Positions 30,320-41,447 of a stretch of DNA of 64,000 nucleotides are shown in pieces. This stretch comes from Leptonemataceae bacterium (lineage in GTDB: Bacteria > Spirochaetota > Leptospiria > Leptospirales > Leptonemataceae), in NCBI GenBank assembly GCA_965227295.1, contig OZ245742.1, positions 1,600,001-1,664,000 on the forward strand. Direction: 5' to 3'. The notes under the pieces are model-generated. The model saw only the letters and a program-made list of their open reading frames with translations. It had not been told where the DNA came from and searched no databases. Numbering within the stretch: the first letter of the stretch is position 1; every line of letters starts with the position of its first letter. The translations under genes were made by a program, and so were the position numbers.

Positions 30320-31243
30320 TCACGGATATCTGCGCTTCCACTGATTGATCTGATGCAACTTTTGTTGCACCTCGTCCTGCAAGATCTGCACGGACGCTTC
30401 GGCGTCTTCGAGTTGTTGGCGCTGGGCCGCCATGAGCTGACTGGTGGCATCGGAAGTAAGATCCGAGAGCAGGCCCTGCATCCTTAACGTTAAGTCGCTG
30501 ATCTTTACGTACAGGGCCTCAAAAGCGCGTCGCGTTTCCCAGCGGCGAATCATTTCCATGCGGCTTTGTTCGTCCGGCGCGGCCTCGGCTTTCGTTTTCT
30601 CTTCCGGCGGCAGACGCATGATGTACTGCGACACGGAGCGCGGGTAACCGTAGAGTTCGCGGTAGTAGTTGATGGCTTCTTCGGCGGCCTGCCAGCAATC
30701 GATGTCGATCTCCCGCTGGAGTTCGCTGAGAGCCATGGCGCCTTCGCCCTCGAAGGCCCGGGAGTTCTTGAGGTTGTTCAAAACTACCTGCTGGCGTTCC
30801 TTGGTCCGCCCCAGGTGTTGCACAATCTCTTCCAGGAGATGATTCTCGATGAACACGCCGCTCTGGAACTCCGGTCCCGCTCCGCTCGACGGGGCGGCAC
30901 CATTGCCGCCGCTGGAGAGGCTCTCCGGCTCCACGGCCGAGAAGTCGTCGAACTCGGGGATATCAGCTTCGGATCGCGATTCCGGGTCTGCGGACGCCTG
31001 TGCCTCGCCGGCAGAACGCGGCGCCTGGCGTTCCGTTCGGTTTTCCTGACGGATCTGTTGGGCAATGCGGATGGCTTCTTCTTTGGACTGGGCAATGCGC
31101 ACGACCTCTATGCGGCGCGTCTCCAGATTGAAGCGGGTGGCGTAGCGGTTCCCCTGGCGGTCGATGTACCGCTTGTTGATGTCCCGGATGGAGATCTTCT
31201 GAGGATCGATGTCCTCGATGGAATTGATCGGGATGAAGTCCAA
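30320..31243 (-). CDS. Hypothetical protein (N-terminus resembles a Leptospira-conserved family)
   Basis: SIEDIDPQKISIRDINKRYIDRQGNRYATRFN N-domain, disordered linker, helical C-domain; family resemblance is from memory only. Confidence 0.8.
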   Translation of the reverse strand: MDFIPINSIEDIDPQKISIRDINKRYIDRQGNRYATRFNLETRRIEVVRIAQSKEEAIRIAQQIRQENRTERQAPRSAGEAQASADPESRSEADIPEFDDFSAVEPESLSSGGNGAAPSSGAGPEFQSGVFIENHLLEEIVQHLGRTKERQQVVLNNLKNSRAFEGEGAMALSELQREIDIDCWQAAEEAINYYRELYGYPRSVSQYIMRLPPEEKTKAEAAPDEQSRMEMIRRWETRRAFEALYVKISDLTLRMQGLLSDLTSDATSQLMAAQRQQLEDAEASVQILQDEVQQKLHQINQWKRRYP

Positions 31244-31337
31244 GTTTCTGTCGCCGCCGCCTGATGTCTCGTCCTAACAATAGCTGAACGAATTATTAAT
31301 GAAAGATTAACAAATCGGCCGGCGGACTAAGATCGAA

Positions 31338-32249
31338 TCAGTGCTCCTTAAATAGAGCATCGACATCCGACGGACTCAATTCGTATCTTTTTTTACAGAA
31401 TTCACAGAAGACTTCGACGCAACCTTTTTCTTCAACCAGACTTTCAATTGAATCCCGGCCCATCATAAAGAGCGTGTTCCGAACCTTCTCGCGGCTGCAC
31501 TCGCAGGCGAAAAAGAACGAACCGTTTTTCAGCAGGTTCACGGAATGCATCTTCCCCGGAGCCAGGGTCAGCTTCGTGCCGCCGGGGCCGTCGGGGCTCG
31601 GCAGCAGAGTTTCGATGAGTTCCGTAGGACTGCGCCCGCCGATCATATCGAGCACCAGGTCCACCTGGTCCGGGGTGGCGCCGGGCAGGGCCTGGAACAT
31701 GTAGCCCGAAATCTCCGGCGGTCGGCCGGGGACGTTGTCGAAACTTGTTTCCAGGCGAATGAAGCTCTGGATCTGATCCGAGCGACCGAGGTATTCCTCG
31801 ATGTTGCGATCCAGAGAGATGTCGCGCATTTCCACGGCGGAGGAGTAGGCCCGGCCGCGATCGTTGCGCCAGCGATTCACGCGCAGGATGCCGCTGCCCT
31901 TGCCGGCGGACGCCGGGCCGGTCCAGACGGCGCCGGGGTTCGAAGCCGTTCCGCGCATGGAGCCGTCGCTCGCGGCAAAGCTGATGATTCGGTGCGCCGC
32001 TCCGGAGCATTCCAGATGGAGGCTGACACGTTCCTGAATCTTCACACTGTGCGTGGCCAGGAAAAACGTAACGAGCATGGTTTCCCCCAGGAGGGAGTGT
32101 ACCTGGGGCGAGGCCTGGTGGCGCTCCGCCGCTTCGGCGGCGATGGCGGAGTTGCGCCCCACCACGAAGCGGAAGTTCAGGTCCGGGATCGTACCGATGG
32201 TATAAAAGTTCGAACGAAGGTTCGCGTAATCGTTAAGGAAATCCGCCAT
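31338..32249 (-). CDS. hslO: Hsp33 redox-regulated chaperone
   Basis: YLGRSDQI, GYMFQALPG, CECS and CEFC zinc-switch motifs. Confidence 0.92.
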   Translation of the reverse strand: MADFLNDYANLRSNFYTIGTIPDLNFRFVVGRNSAIAAEAAERHQASPQVHSLLGETMLVTFFLATHSVKIQERVSLHLECSGAAHRIISFAASDGSMRGTASNPGAVWTGPASAGKGSGILRVNRWRNDRGRAYSSAVEMRDISLDRNIEEYLGRSDQIQSFIRLETSFDNVPGRPPEISGYMFQALPGATPDQVDLVLDMIGGRSPTELIETLLPSPDGPGGTKLTLAPGKMHSVNLLKNGSFFFACECSREKVRNTLFMMGRDSIESLVEEKGCVEVFCEFCKKRYELSPSDVDALFKEH

Positions 32250-32303
32250 GACTTCGCAAAGATAGCACGAACCGGTGCCGCCGTAAAACAAAAGATGGGG
32301 CGC

Positions 32304-33848
32304 TTACTGCTTTTGTTCCCGTTGGTCGTGGCGCCGCAATGCCCGAAAAAACTCGTTGTAATGGTTCCGCGCGTTCCAGGCGATGAAGCCCGCCCCGCCG
32401 GAATCCTTCGCCGCGTCTATTTGTCGTTTAATGTAGTTTTCGTACGACAGGCCGCTCTTGCTCACGCTCATCTTAAAAACCTGGATGTACGCGATGATGC
32501 GCGACTGGTGCCCCACGCGTTTGATCGAAAGTTTCTGTCCGTCCAGGATCGTGCCGTAAGGATCGGCGATGCGTTTGGGTTGTCCGTAAAAGTGCGAGGG
32601 ATAGAGCATCGGGTAGATCGTATCCAGGTGCGGGGCGAAGATCTCGAGCTTCTGACCGATGCGATCGTTGCGATTGAACGGGATGCGCCCGAAGATATCC
32701 GCCCCGATGCGCACCCCGTGCGGTCGCAGGATGTCTTCGGCGCGCTCCAGAATTCCCGTGATCACCGCGTAACGTTGACTGAGCGAGAGTTTGCCGATGT
32801 TCGCGCGGTCGGCGAAGCGAATGTAATCGAGCTGGATTTCCATGAAGCCCGCCTCGGCCGCTTCCTCGGCCCGTTTCAGGACGCCGCGCAGATGCTTTTC
32901 CGGAACGTAAGGTACCTTAAGGCCGCCCTCGAAGACCACCACGCGCGCCACCAGATAAAAGCCGGACTCCCGGGCGAGGCGAATCATTTCCGTGGAAGGC
33001 ATCCGCGGCTGCACGTCGACGACCAGGGTGTTCACGCCGTACTGCCGGCACTTCTTGAACAGCGGGCGGAACTTCTGCGGCGTCCGCGCCACGTAACTGT
33101 TAATGTAAATGCCGCGATAAAACTCCGGCGCAAAGTATCGGAACGAACGATCAAAGGTCGAAGCGGCGACAGCTGACTTCGCGGCCTGTTTCGAAGTTCC
33201 CGCCGCGGCCGAGCCGGCGGGTGTTCCGGCATTCGAGAAACGGCTTTCCTGCTTTTCCGGCGCACGATCTAGTTTCCGCTGCCCGGCAGGTTCATGCTCC
33301 GGGTTCGCCTGCTCGCGGTTCTGTTCCTGACGCGTATTCTTGCGCGCTGCTTTGCGCGACTCCCGCTCTTGCGCGGTTTTCTGTTCAACGTTTGCCCGGC
33401 GCGTCCGCTGCGGCGGACGGAACTCACGTACCGGTTCCTGCATGCGGGATTTTACGCCGACACCTTCGCGTTCTGTTTCCGGCGGGCGTCCGGTGCGTAC
33501 GTCGCTCTTCGGCGTCTTGTTCGGAACGGCGGCGGGAGATTCGCTCGCCGATGACGCATCGGTCTCCGCGGATGCGCTCGGGGGCGTCTGCTTCGTTTCT
33601 TTCGTACGTTTCCGGGCCGGCTCTTCGCTTTCGTCGGAGCGCAAATACCGATCCGAATTCACGCCGGACAGCGGACGGGTGAGAGCGTCGTAGAGGCGCC
33701 GGTCGCGTTCTTCGCGCGGGCCGGGAATATTCGGCAGATCGTCCGGCAGGGGCTCCCGGGCGGAGGTCGCCGACGCTCCGAACAGGATGACGGCACTGAG
33801 AACAAGCGGATGAAAACGGGACGAGCAGAATCGAAGGATGGAGGTCAC
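32304..33848 (-). CDS. Putative glycoside hydrolase (DUF4015-like) with long charged low-complexity N-terminal linker
   Basis: RGIYI, NTLVVD, ARVVVF, GFMEIQLDYIRF, ADIFG, IGQ, PMLYPSHF, WNA; signal-like segment near GTG 33848 (start uncertain). Confidence 0.82.
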   Translation of the reverse strand: MTSILRFCSSRFHPLVLSAVILFGASATSAREPLPDDLPNIPGPREERDRRLYDALTRPLSGVNSDRYLRSDESEEPARKRTKETKQTPPSASAETDASSASESPAAVPNKTPKSDVRTGRPPETEREGVGVKSRMQEPVREFRPPQRTRRANVEQKTAQERESRKAARKNTRQEQNREQANPEHEPAGQRKLDRAPEKQESRFSNAGTPAGSAAAGTSKQAAKSAVAASTFDRSFRYFAPEFYRGIYINSYVARTPQKFRPLFKKCRQYGVNTLVVDVQPRMPSTEMIRLARESGFYLVARVVVFEGGLKVPYVPEKHLRGVLKRAEEAAEAGFMEIQLDYIRFADRANIGKLSLSQRYAVITGILERAEDILRPHGVRIGADIFGRIPFNRNDRIGQKLEIFAPHLDTIYPMLYPSHFYGQPKRIADPYGTILDGQKLSIKRVGHQSRIIAYIQVFKMSVSKSGLSYENYIKRQIDAAKDSGGAGFIAWNARNHYNEFFRALRRHDQREQKQ

Positions 33849-33953
33849 AGTATCATTATCGCGTGCCGCCGTCCGGAAGTAGAGCACTATTTCCACTTGC
33901 TCCCGGCGATCCCCGTCGCATCCTGGCGCTGTCCCATCGCCCCCGCGACTTCT

Positions 33954-35942
33954 ATGCTTCGAGTTGATTCTCCGTTTCGTTCTCTGTGTTTGCGCATCGT
34001 ACCGGCCCTGCTCTGCGTACTTCCGGTCGTCTCGCCGCTCCGTTCCCAGGAAGTGGCGCCGTTTGCGGTCCAGCTCACCGACGGGAATCAGCCCACGGGG
34101 GCGTTCTCGCCGAACGGTGACGGTCTGCGCGACAGCATCGGCGTGCGCCTGACCGGCGTGCCCGAAGGTTTGCGAGAGCCCGGCGATTGGCGGGTGGAAA
34201 TACAGAACGGGACGGGAGAAATCATTCGCACCTACGCCGCGGACCGCCGGAAGATCCGTCCCGGCCGGGCCCTGGACAATCTCTTCCTGCCGGACAGCGA
34301 GGCCAGTCGGCCCCTGCGTCTGTTTGACACGATCGTCTGGGACGGCCGGGACGAAAACGGTGCCGTAGTTTCCGATGGTATTTATCAAGTTCTGGTGAGT
34401 GTGGAGGACCCGCAAAAAGGCGTCTTGCTCACCGCCGGAGCCGTGCCGGTCCTGGTGGACACGGAGCCGCCCGAACTGGACCTCAGCCCCGAGGTATCCC
34501 TGCTCTACCGGGAGCCGGGCTCGCCCGTCAGCGGCTCGGCCCTGGAGCGATTGCAAATCCGTCAGAGCGGCCGGGGCAATCCGGGCACGACTTACCTGGC
34601 GTCGGTCCTGGGTCCGGACGGACGGGTGGTTCGCGAGCGGACCTGGGAAGACCCGCTTCCCGAGAACATTTACATTTCGTGGGATGAGATCCAGACCGAG
34701 GACGAGGTCGAACAGTACGGCGCTTATCGCTACGTCATGACGGCCACGGACCCGGCGGGGAATCGCAGTGTCGCGGAAGTGGCGGACCTGCTCCTGGCAT
34801 CGTTTCCCACGAGATTGGACCTGCGCGCCGAGAGCGCCGCGGCTTACTATTTCTCACCGAACGGTGACGGCTTCCGGGACGTTCTCTCCCTGCGCCCCGT
34901 TTACCTGACTCCGGCCGGCGGCGAGATGCGGCGGTCCACGCGCAACATGCGTGAGTACTCCTTTGAGATTTTCCCGGAGAACTCCGAACCCGGGGAACCG
35001 CCCATCTATCGCGAGGACGGCAGCGGCGCGCCTCCCGCCGAGCTCACCTGGGACGGTCGCGACGGCAGCGGCGAGCCGGCGTCCTACGGTCGCTACTTCG
35101 TACGCCTCAGCGTAACTGACGGCGAGGAAGTCTTAAGAACCTTGCGCAAACCCGTGTGGATCGATACGGTCCCGCCGGACGGCTCCCTGTCCATCGGCGG
35201 CAGCAGTTTCACTCCGGACGGTGACGGCGACGACGAACGCAATCGCCTGGCGCTGAGTCTGGCCGACGGGGCCGCCGGTGTGGAAGATTGGTCGCTGCGC
35301 ATCCTGCTCGCCCCGCGGACCGGGGACGCGAAGATCGATCCGTCCGGCGGTTTTCAGCGAGTCTACCGGACCTGGCGCGGCGGTCGCTTCGCACCGCAGA
35401 CGATCGTGTGGGACGGCACTGCCGATGACGGCCGGCCCTGCGAAAGCCTGGAGCGATTTTTTGTGGAGTATGAGATACGAGATCGCGCCGGTAACGTGCG
35501 CCGCGGCCGATCCGGAGAAATGCGAACCGGGGTTTTGCTGCGTCCACTCCGTCGTGGATCTGCCGACCTGGTGGCGCGCCTGCCGCAGCAGAACTACTTC
35601 AATGAACGCGGTCGCCTGACCGCTGCCGGTGAAGACGCCCTGGATGCCGTACTGAGTTCGCTCTCGCGTTACGGGCGTTACAACGTGGTCGTAGAAAGCC
35701 ATTCCGCCGTGCCCGGTCGCGAGGAAGAGAACCTGGAAAAGACCGAATTTCGCGCGCGCTCCATATTCGAGTACGTCCTGGCCCGCGGCTTTCCTCGCGA
35801 GCGCTTGCGCTATCGCGGCCACGGCGAAGCGGAGATTCGTCTGCCGGCCCCGGTGGACGGCGACCATGCCTTCGAACACTATCGCAATGAGCGCATCGAG
35901 GTTCGGCTGCACCTGCGCGAAGCGAAATCGTCCGAACGTTAG
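33954..35942 (+). CDS. Secreted FlgD-Ig-like repeat protein with C-terminal OmpA-like domain
   Basis: Three repeats starting FSPNGDG/FSPNGDG/FTPDGDG each with WDG; DxAGN; C-terminal OmpA-like pattern. Confidence 0.85.
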   Translation: MLRVDSPFRSLCLRIVPALLCVLPVVSPLRSQEVAPFAVQLTDGNQPTGAFSPNGDGLRDSIGVRLTGVPEGLREPGDWRVEIQNGTGEIIRTYAADRRKIRPGRALDNLFLPDSEASRPLRLFDTIVWDGRDENGAVVSDGIYQVLVSVEDPQKGVLLTAGAVPVLVDTEPPELDLSPEVSLLYREPGSPVSGSALERLQIRQSGRGNPGTTYLASVLGPDGRVVRERTWEDPLPENIYISWDEIQTEDEVEQYGAYRYVMTATDPAGNRSVAEVADLLLASFPTRLDLRAESAAAYYFSPNGDGFRDVLSLRPVYLTPAGGEMRRSTRNMREYSFEIFPENSEPGEPPIYREDGSGAPPAELTWDGRDGSGEPASYGRYFVRLSVTDGEEVLRTLRKPVWIDTVPPDGSLSIGGSSFTPDGDGDDERNRLALSLADGAAGVEDWSLRILLAPRTGDAKIDPSGGFQRVYRTWRGGRFAPQTIVWDGTADDGRPCESLERFFVEYEIRDRAGNVRRGRSGEMRTGVLLRPLRRGSADLVARLPQQNYFNERGRLTAAGEDALDAVLSSLSRYGRYNVVVESHSAVPGREEENLEKTEFRARSIFEYVLARGFPRERLRYRGHGEAEIRLPAPVDGDHAFEHYRNERIEVRLHLREAKSSER

Positions 35943-35947
35943 GATTC

Positions 35948-36433
35948 ATGCGCGCACCGCTATTAAAGATTATCACACTGATTCTGCTGCTGGCGTTGCC
36001 TGCTAATGCCGACAGGGCTTTTGACTTTCGGAACTTTACGAAGTTGCGGGCCGCGGACCGGGAGTTCGAGATCATCGGTGTCAATGGATACGTGCGCGAT
36101 CGGGCCGTGGGCTCGGGCCGGATTCTGGCGCTGGGGGATCATCGCCTCCACTTCAAGTTTTCCATAACGGCCGTAGTTTACGGTGAGGTAAAGTTACGCT
36201 ACGCCGGGCGCACAAAGCATAAGATCCTCCTGGACCTGGAGTACAGCGGCGCGTCACCGCGCGGCCCGGAGGCGGCGAAGGAACGGGTGGAGGCGGACGC
36301 CTTCCTGGCGGAGAACGGCGTGCTGACGTTTCAGTTCATGAACGCGCAGCGCATGATTCATCTATCCGTGGATTCCCGGGGGCGGAGCAAGTTTATCTCG
36401 TCCTGGGGGGCGTCACGGCTTGCGGCGCAGTAG
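35948..36433 (+). CDS. Secreted hypothetical protein
   Basis: Signal peptide ending ANA; AGGA SD; follows the OmpA-like gene by 5 nt. Confidence 0.8.
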   Translation: MRAPLLKIITLILLLALPANADRAFDFRNFTKLRAADREFEIIGVNGYVRDRAVGSGRILALGDHRLHFKFSITAVVYGEVKLRYAGRTKHKILLDLEYSGASPRGPEAAKERVEADAFLAENGVLTFQFMNAQRMIHLSVDSRGRSKFISSWGASRLAAQ

Positions 36434-36441
36434 GTTGAAGA

Positions 36442-37431
36442 TCAGCCGGCTTTGATTTTCAGGGCGCGTTGTACACCCTTGACGATGCCTTTCGCACGCA
36501 GCCCGTAATGATCCATGAGCGCGTCGGCGGTGCCGCTCTGACCGAAGGAATCCTGCATGCCGAGTCGTACGATGGGTACCGGCTTCGTTTCACCTAGCGC
36601 CTCCGCAATGGCCGCGCCGAGACCGCCGAGTACATTGTGCTCTTCCACGCTGACAATGGCGCCGGTCTTCCCGGCGTACTTCTTCAGCAGGGCTACGTCG
36701 ATGGGTTTGATGGACGCCATATTGATGACGGCGACACTCACATCTTTCTTTGCGAGTTGTTCCGCGGCCAGCACGGCCTCGGAAACCATGGCACCGCAGG
36801 CCACAATGGTTACGTCCGTGCCGTCCATGAGGACCTCGCCCTTGCCCTCTTTGAACTGATAAGACTTCTTGTGCTTGAGAACAGGCAATGCTGAACGTCC
36901 ACAGCGTATGTAGACCGGGCCTTCGAGTTCGTAAGCGCGCTGGATGATTTGCTTCGTTTCGTGATAGTCCGCCGGAACAAAGACATGCATACCCGGGATG
37001 ACGCGCATGGTGGCGATGTCCTCAATGCACTGGTGTGAGGCGCCGTCCTCGCCGACGGTGATACCGGCGTGAGAGGCGACGAGCTTTACGTTCGTCCGGG
37101 GATAGGCGACTGAGTTTCGGATGATCTCCCAGGCGCGGCCGGAGAGGAACATGGCGAAGCTGGACGCGAAGGGGACGAGGCCGGAGAGGGCGAAGCCGGC
37201 GGCCATACCCACTAAGTTTTGCTCAGCAACACCTACGTTGAAAAAACGATCCGGAAATTCCTTCCCGAAATGCTTCGTCATTGTGGAGCCGGAGAGATCG
37301 GCGTCGAGGACGACCACGTTCTTTTGTTTTCGGCCGAGTTCCAGGAGCGCTTCGCCGTAGGCCTGGCGTGTGGCGATCTTTTCCGTCGTCAGGACGGACG
37401 GCGGCGACTTTTTCGACGAGGCAGCGGGCAT
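36442..37431 (-). CDS. Transketolase family, C-terminal subunit (pyrimidine-binding + C-terminal domains)
   Basis: [39 protein letters not shown]. Confidence 0.95.
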   Translation of the reverse strand: MPAASSKKSPPSVLTTEKIATRQAYGEALLELGRKQKNVVVLDADLSGSTMTKHFGKEFPDRFFNVGVAEQNLVGMAAGFALSGLVPFASSFAMFLSGRAWEIIRNSVAYPRTNVKLVASHAGITVGEDGASHQCIEDIATMRVIPGMHVFVPADYHETKQIIQRAYELEGPVYIRCGRSALPVLKHKKSYQFKEGKGEVLMDGTDVTIVACGAMVSEAVLAAEQLAKKDVSVAVINMASIKPIDVALLKKYAGKTGAIVSVEEHNVLGGLGAAIAEALGETKPVPIVRLGMQDSFGQSGTADALMDHYGLRAKGIVKGVQRALKIKAG

Positions 37432-37500
37432 GGTGAAAGAAGTACGGCGAACGGTAGCTGCCGTTCGCCGTAGTTGCGAGGAGTGCGGTCGACTGAAAGA

Positions 37501-38638
<1,138 letters not shown>

Positions 38639-38661
<23 letters not shown>

Positions 38662-39781
38662 AAGCTCTGGTAACGAAAATTCGGAAGCGCTCCCCGTCAA
38701 CCGAAACCAGGCCGGACTTCCGCGCCGTCGAATAGCCGGGTTTCTGGCCGGTCTGGCGTTACTGTCCTGGCTTTTGGGTGGAGGAGCCGGTTGCGTGACG
38801 TATCTGGCGCGGGCCGGCTGCGGCCAGATGGAGATCCTGTGGAAGCGTGAGCCGATTCGCGACGTGATTGCCGATCCCGCGACCGGTACGGAGGAGCGCG
38901 CAAAGCTGTTGCACGTGGAGCGAGTCCGGGAGTTTGCTCGCCGCGAACTCGGCCTGCGCGTGGAAGATACATACACCAGTTATTCACGCCTGGACCGCGA
39001 AGCCATCGCCTGGAACGTAAGCGCATCCCGGGAACTGGCGTTGGAGCCGAAGACCTGGTGGTTTCCCATCGTCGGTCGGGTGCCGTATCTCGGCTTTTTT
39101 ACGAAAGAAGAAGCCGAGGATCTCCGTGCGGAGCTGGAAGCGGAAGGCTGGGACGTTATCGTCAGCACGGTGGCCGCGTATTCCACGCTTGGTTGGTTTG
39201 ACGATCCCCTGGTTTCTCCGCAACTCCAGTCCTCCGAATGGTGGCTGGCATCGCTCGTTATCCACGAATCAGCCCACGCGACCGTCTGGTTTCCGGGCGA
39301 TGTTCGCTTTAACGAATCTTTCGCCTCGTTCGTGGAAACCGAGGGAGCGTTGCAGTTCTATCGCCAGACCTTCGGTCCGGACAGCGAGGAGTACCGGAGC
39401 CGGATTCGTCTCCTGCTAGAAGCTAAAGAGTATTCGCTAATTCTTAGGCGCTATGCAGAGAAACTTAATCATCTCTATGCAGCCGACGACCCGGAAGAAC
39501 GGAAGCGCGTCGGCAAACGACGTTTACTGGAAGAGCTCCGTACCGAATTGCTGCGCCGGGCGCCCGAGTTTCGGGAGTTAAACCTGAGAAAACGAGCGGA
39601 ACGTGAATTCAATAATGCACATTTCTTATCGCACTTGAGATATCGATCCGGCAGTGACTTTTTTCAAACTCGCTTTGAAGCCTGTGAACGGCGTTGGAGT
39701 TGCTTTCTGGAATCTATGCAGAAACTGGAAGGTCTTGATGCAGCGGACCGTCGGAAGTTATGGAACGAATCGGGGCCGTGA
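38639..39781 (+). CDS. Putative zinc aminopeptidase lipoprotein
   Basis: [29 protein letters not shown]...FNESFA; start uncertain. Confidence 0.87.
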
Positions 39782-39819
39782 AGTGCGACTTTATTCTTAC
39801 ACAATCTTAACAAATCACT

Positions 39820-39975
39820 AAAGATTCTAAACCATTTAGAAAGTGTAGGTATATCTACTTATCGCCGTCGCCGGGTCTCGGGGCGGGAAGCCGGGATTGT
39901 GAAAAAATTTCAAAGCTTGTAAATTTTTATTTATTTATATTGACGTCTGAGTAGACTGAGCCTCACGAAAGGAGT
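39820..39975 (+). promoter_or_regulatory. AT-rich promoter/operator region of the MarR gene
   Basis: tctaaa-cca-tttaga and gtag-gtatat-ctac inverted repeats; AT tract then TTGACG; AAGGAG SD before ATG 39976. Confidence 0.5.
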
Positions 39976-40408
39976 ATGCAAGTGGAACTACTTCTACAAA
40001 TGGGACGTGCCTACCGCGGTTCCATCGACCTTGTACGAAACGGACTGTCAAAGAAGGACAAGTACTCGACGCTGGCACTTTCCATTCTTCGTTACGTGGA
40101 CCGAAATCCCGAAGTCTCTCAGGGCGAGCTGGGCAAAATTCTCCGCCGGGATCCCATGACCATGAGTCAGGCCGTGCGTTCTCTACAAAACGCCAATCTC
40201 GTGGTCAGTCACGCGGACGCCCAGGACAAACGCGTAAAACGTTTACTTCGTAACGAAAAAAGGACGCAACCTCAGCGAAAGCCTGAAGACCCGCGAAGAA
40301 AAACTCATCGATGGTTTAAAGCGTTCGTGGGGAAAGCAGCGGACGAATCAGTTTGCCAAAGACATGGCGGAGTTCAACGAATTCCTGACGCAGTATAGCG
40401 GGAACTAA
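39976..40408 (+). pseudogene. MarR family regulator interrupted by a +1 frameshift near 40235-40250 (pseudogene, recoding or sequence error)
   Basis: Frame 0 encodes the HTH up to DKRVKRL; the +1 frame continues FVTKKGRNLSESLK...FLTQYSGN* (TAA 40406-40408), giving 143 aa. Confidence 0.85.
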
Positions 40409-40416
40409 CGCAGCGT

Positions 40417-40466
40417 GCCGCTCTTCTATAGAGAAAAAGTATTAGAGCGGCTCGGTCTTTTGTTTT
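40417..40466 (+). terminator. Possible terminator hairpin after MarR
   Basis: gccgctct / agagcggc 8-bp stem with large loop, followed by a T-rich tract. Confidence 0.4.
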
Positions 40467-40553
40467 AGATTCTTAACTTTCCCCCGCCGTCACTCAGTTG
40501 AACGTCCAGGCTCGCAAGCTTTCGGCATAGTAGCAGTACCGGGTGAGCCCTTA

Positions 40554-41393
40554 TTAAAGATCCACAACGTAAAAGATCTGCCCTTTGCGGCGCAGCTTTG
40601 TCTTGATCAGCTCATGCTCGCGATTCGGAGGGAGGTCGATCTTTTCTCGATACCGTTCGGAGTGGCGGACGGGGTCGAAGTCCTCAATGGCAAGAATGCG
40701 GTCATAGCGCAGTCCCAGCCAGCCGCCGTTCGGGCGGGAGAACACCATGAGATTGCCACCGTGCCGGGGGACCGGGAAGGCCTGTCCGTCGTGATCGGCA
40801 TGGGGAAAAACTTCCAGCAGGGCAGCGCCGCGTTTTGCGCGGTAGGACTTTGCCGGATCCACGCGGTGTAGATTGTAGCGGAGGTTGCCCTGGACCACGA
40901 AGCGCAGGTCTCCTAATTGGTAAAAGACGAGGCGGCCGCCGTGGATCAGGTCCGGCCGGAGCAATTGATCAGGCGGGGCGGAACCCGCCTGGCTGGCGTT
41001 CGGATCGTCCGGATGCGCCGTGCGGGCGGCGGCGGGAACTTCCCAGACCGGGCTGCGTTCCAGTTCTTCGAGGCGCTCATACAGTTTATCAAAGATCGTG
41101 TTCGGATCTGTCCGCGGGCCGAGGCGCTGGAGTTCCGACGCGACGCGCTGGACCTTTTCCTGTAAAAGCGGATGCAGCTTCGGCAACAAGGACTGCATCT
41201 GCGCCATGGCGACGCGGGCCAGTCGCAGGCGTTCCGCCGCCTCGCGATCCGCCTCTTCCAGACGGCGAAACTCTTTGCGGCAGAGTTCACACAGGCCGTG
41301 GACTTGCGACAGCAGTTCCTCGAAAGCAAACTCGGCGGCGACGTCCGGAGACGCGGTATCGGAGGAGGGCAGGGATGGGTCCGGGGCGGTCAT
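40554..41393 (-). CDS. Hypothetical protein
   Basis: 279-aa ORF downstream of and co-oriented with rodA; helical N-domain, linker, beta-rich C-domain. Confidence 0.72.
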   Translation of the reverse strand: MTAPDPSLPSSDTASPDVAAEFAFEELLSQVHGLCELCRKEFRRLEEADREAAERLRLARVAMAQMQSLLPKLHPLLQEKVQRVASELQRLGPRTDPNTIFDKLYERLEELERSPVWEVPAAARTAHPDDPNASQAGSAPPDQLLRPDLIHGGRLVFYQLGDLRFVVQGNLRYNLHRVDPAKSYRAKRGAALLEVFPHADHDGQAFPVPRHGGNLMVFSRPNGGWLGLRYDRILAIEDFDPVRHSERYREKIDLPPNREHELIKTKLRRKGQIFYVVDL

Positions 41394-41447
41394 GTTGATT
41401 GGACGCGGGGCGCCCTACTTATGATCGGCACGAGGACCCACCGGCCA

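Noticed and set aside
31545..33176. 543-aa plus-strand ORF
   Set aside because: Antisense to hslO and the glycoside hydrolase; no recognisable domain
33849..34556. N-terminal extension making the 750-aa minus-strand ORF
   Set aside because: Overlaps the FlgD/OmpA gene on the other strand; a signal-like segment appears only after 33848
36442..37431. Orphan transketolase half as pseudogene
   Set aside because: ORF is intact and split transketolases with separately located subunits are common
38662..38976. Extension of metK to 491 aa
   Set aside because: MetK homology begins at FTSES; the extension is antisense to the aminopeptidase
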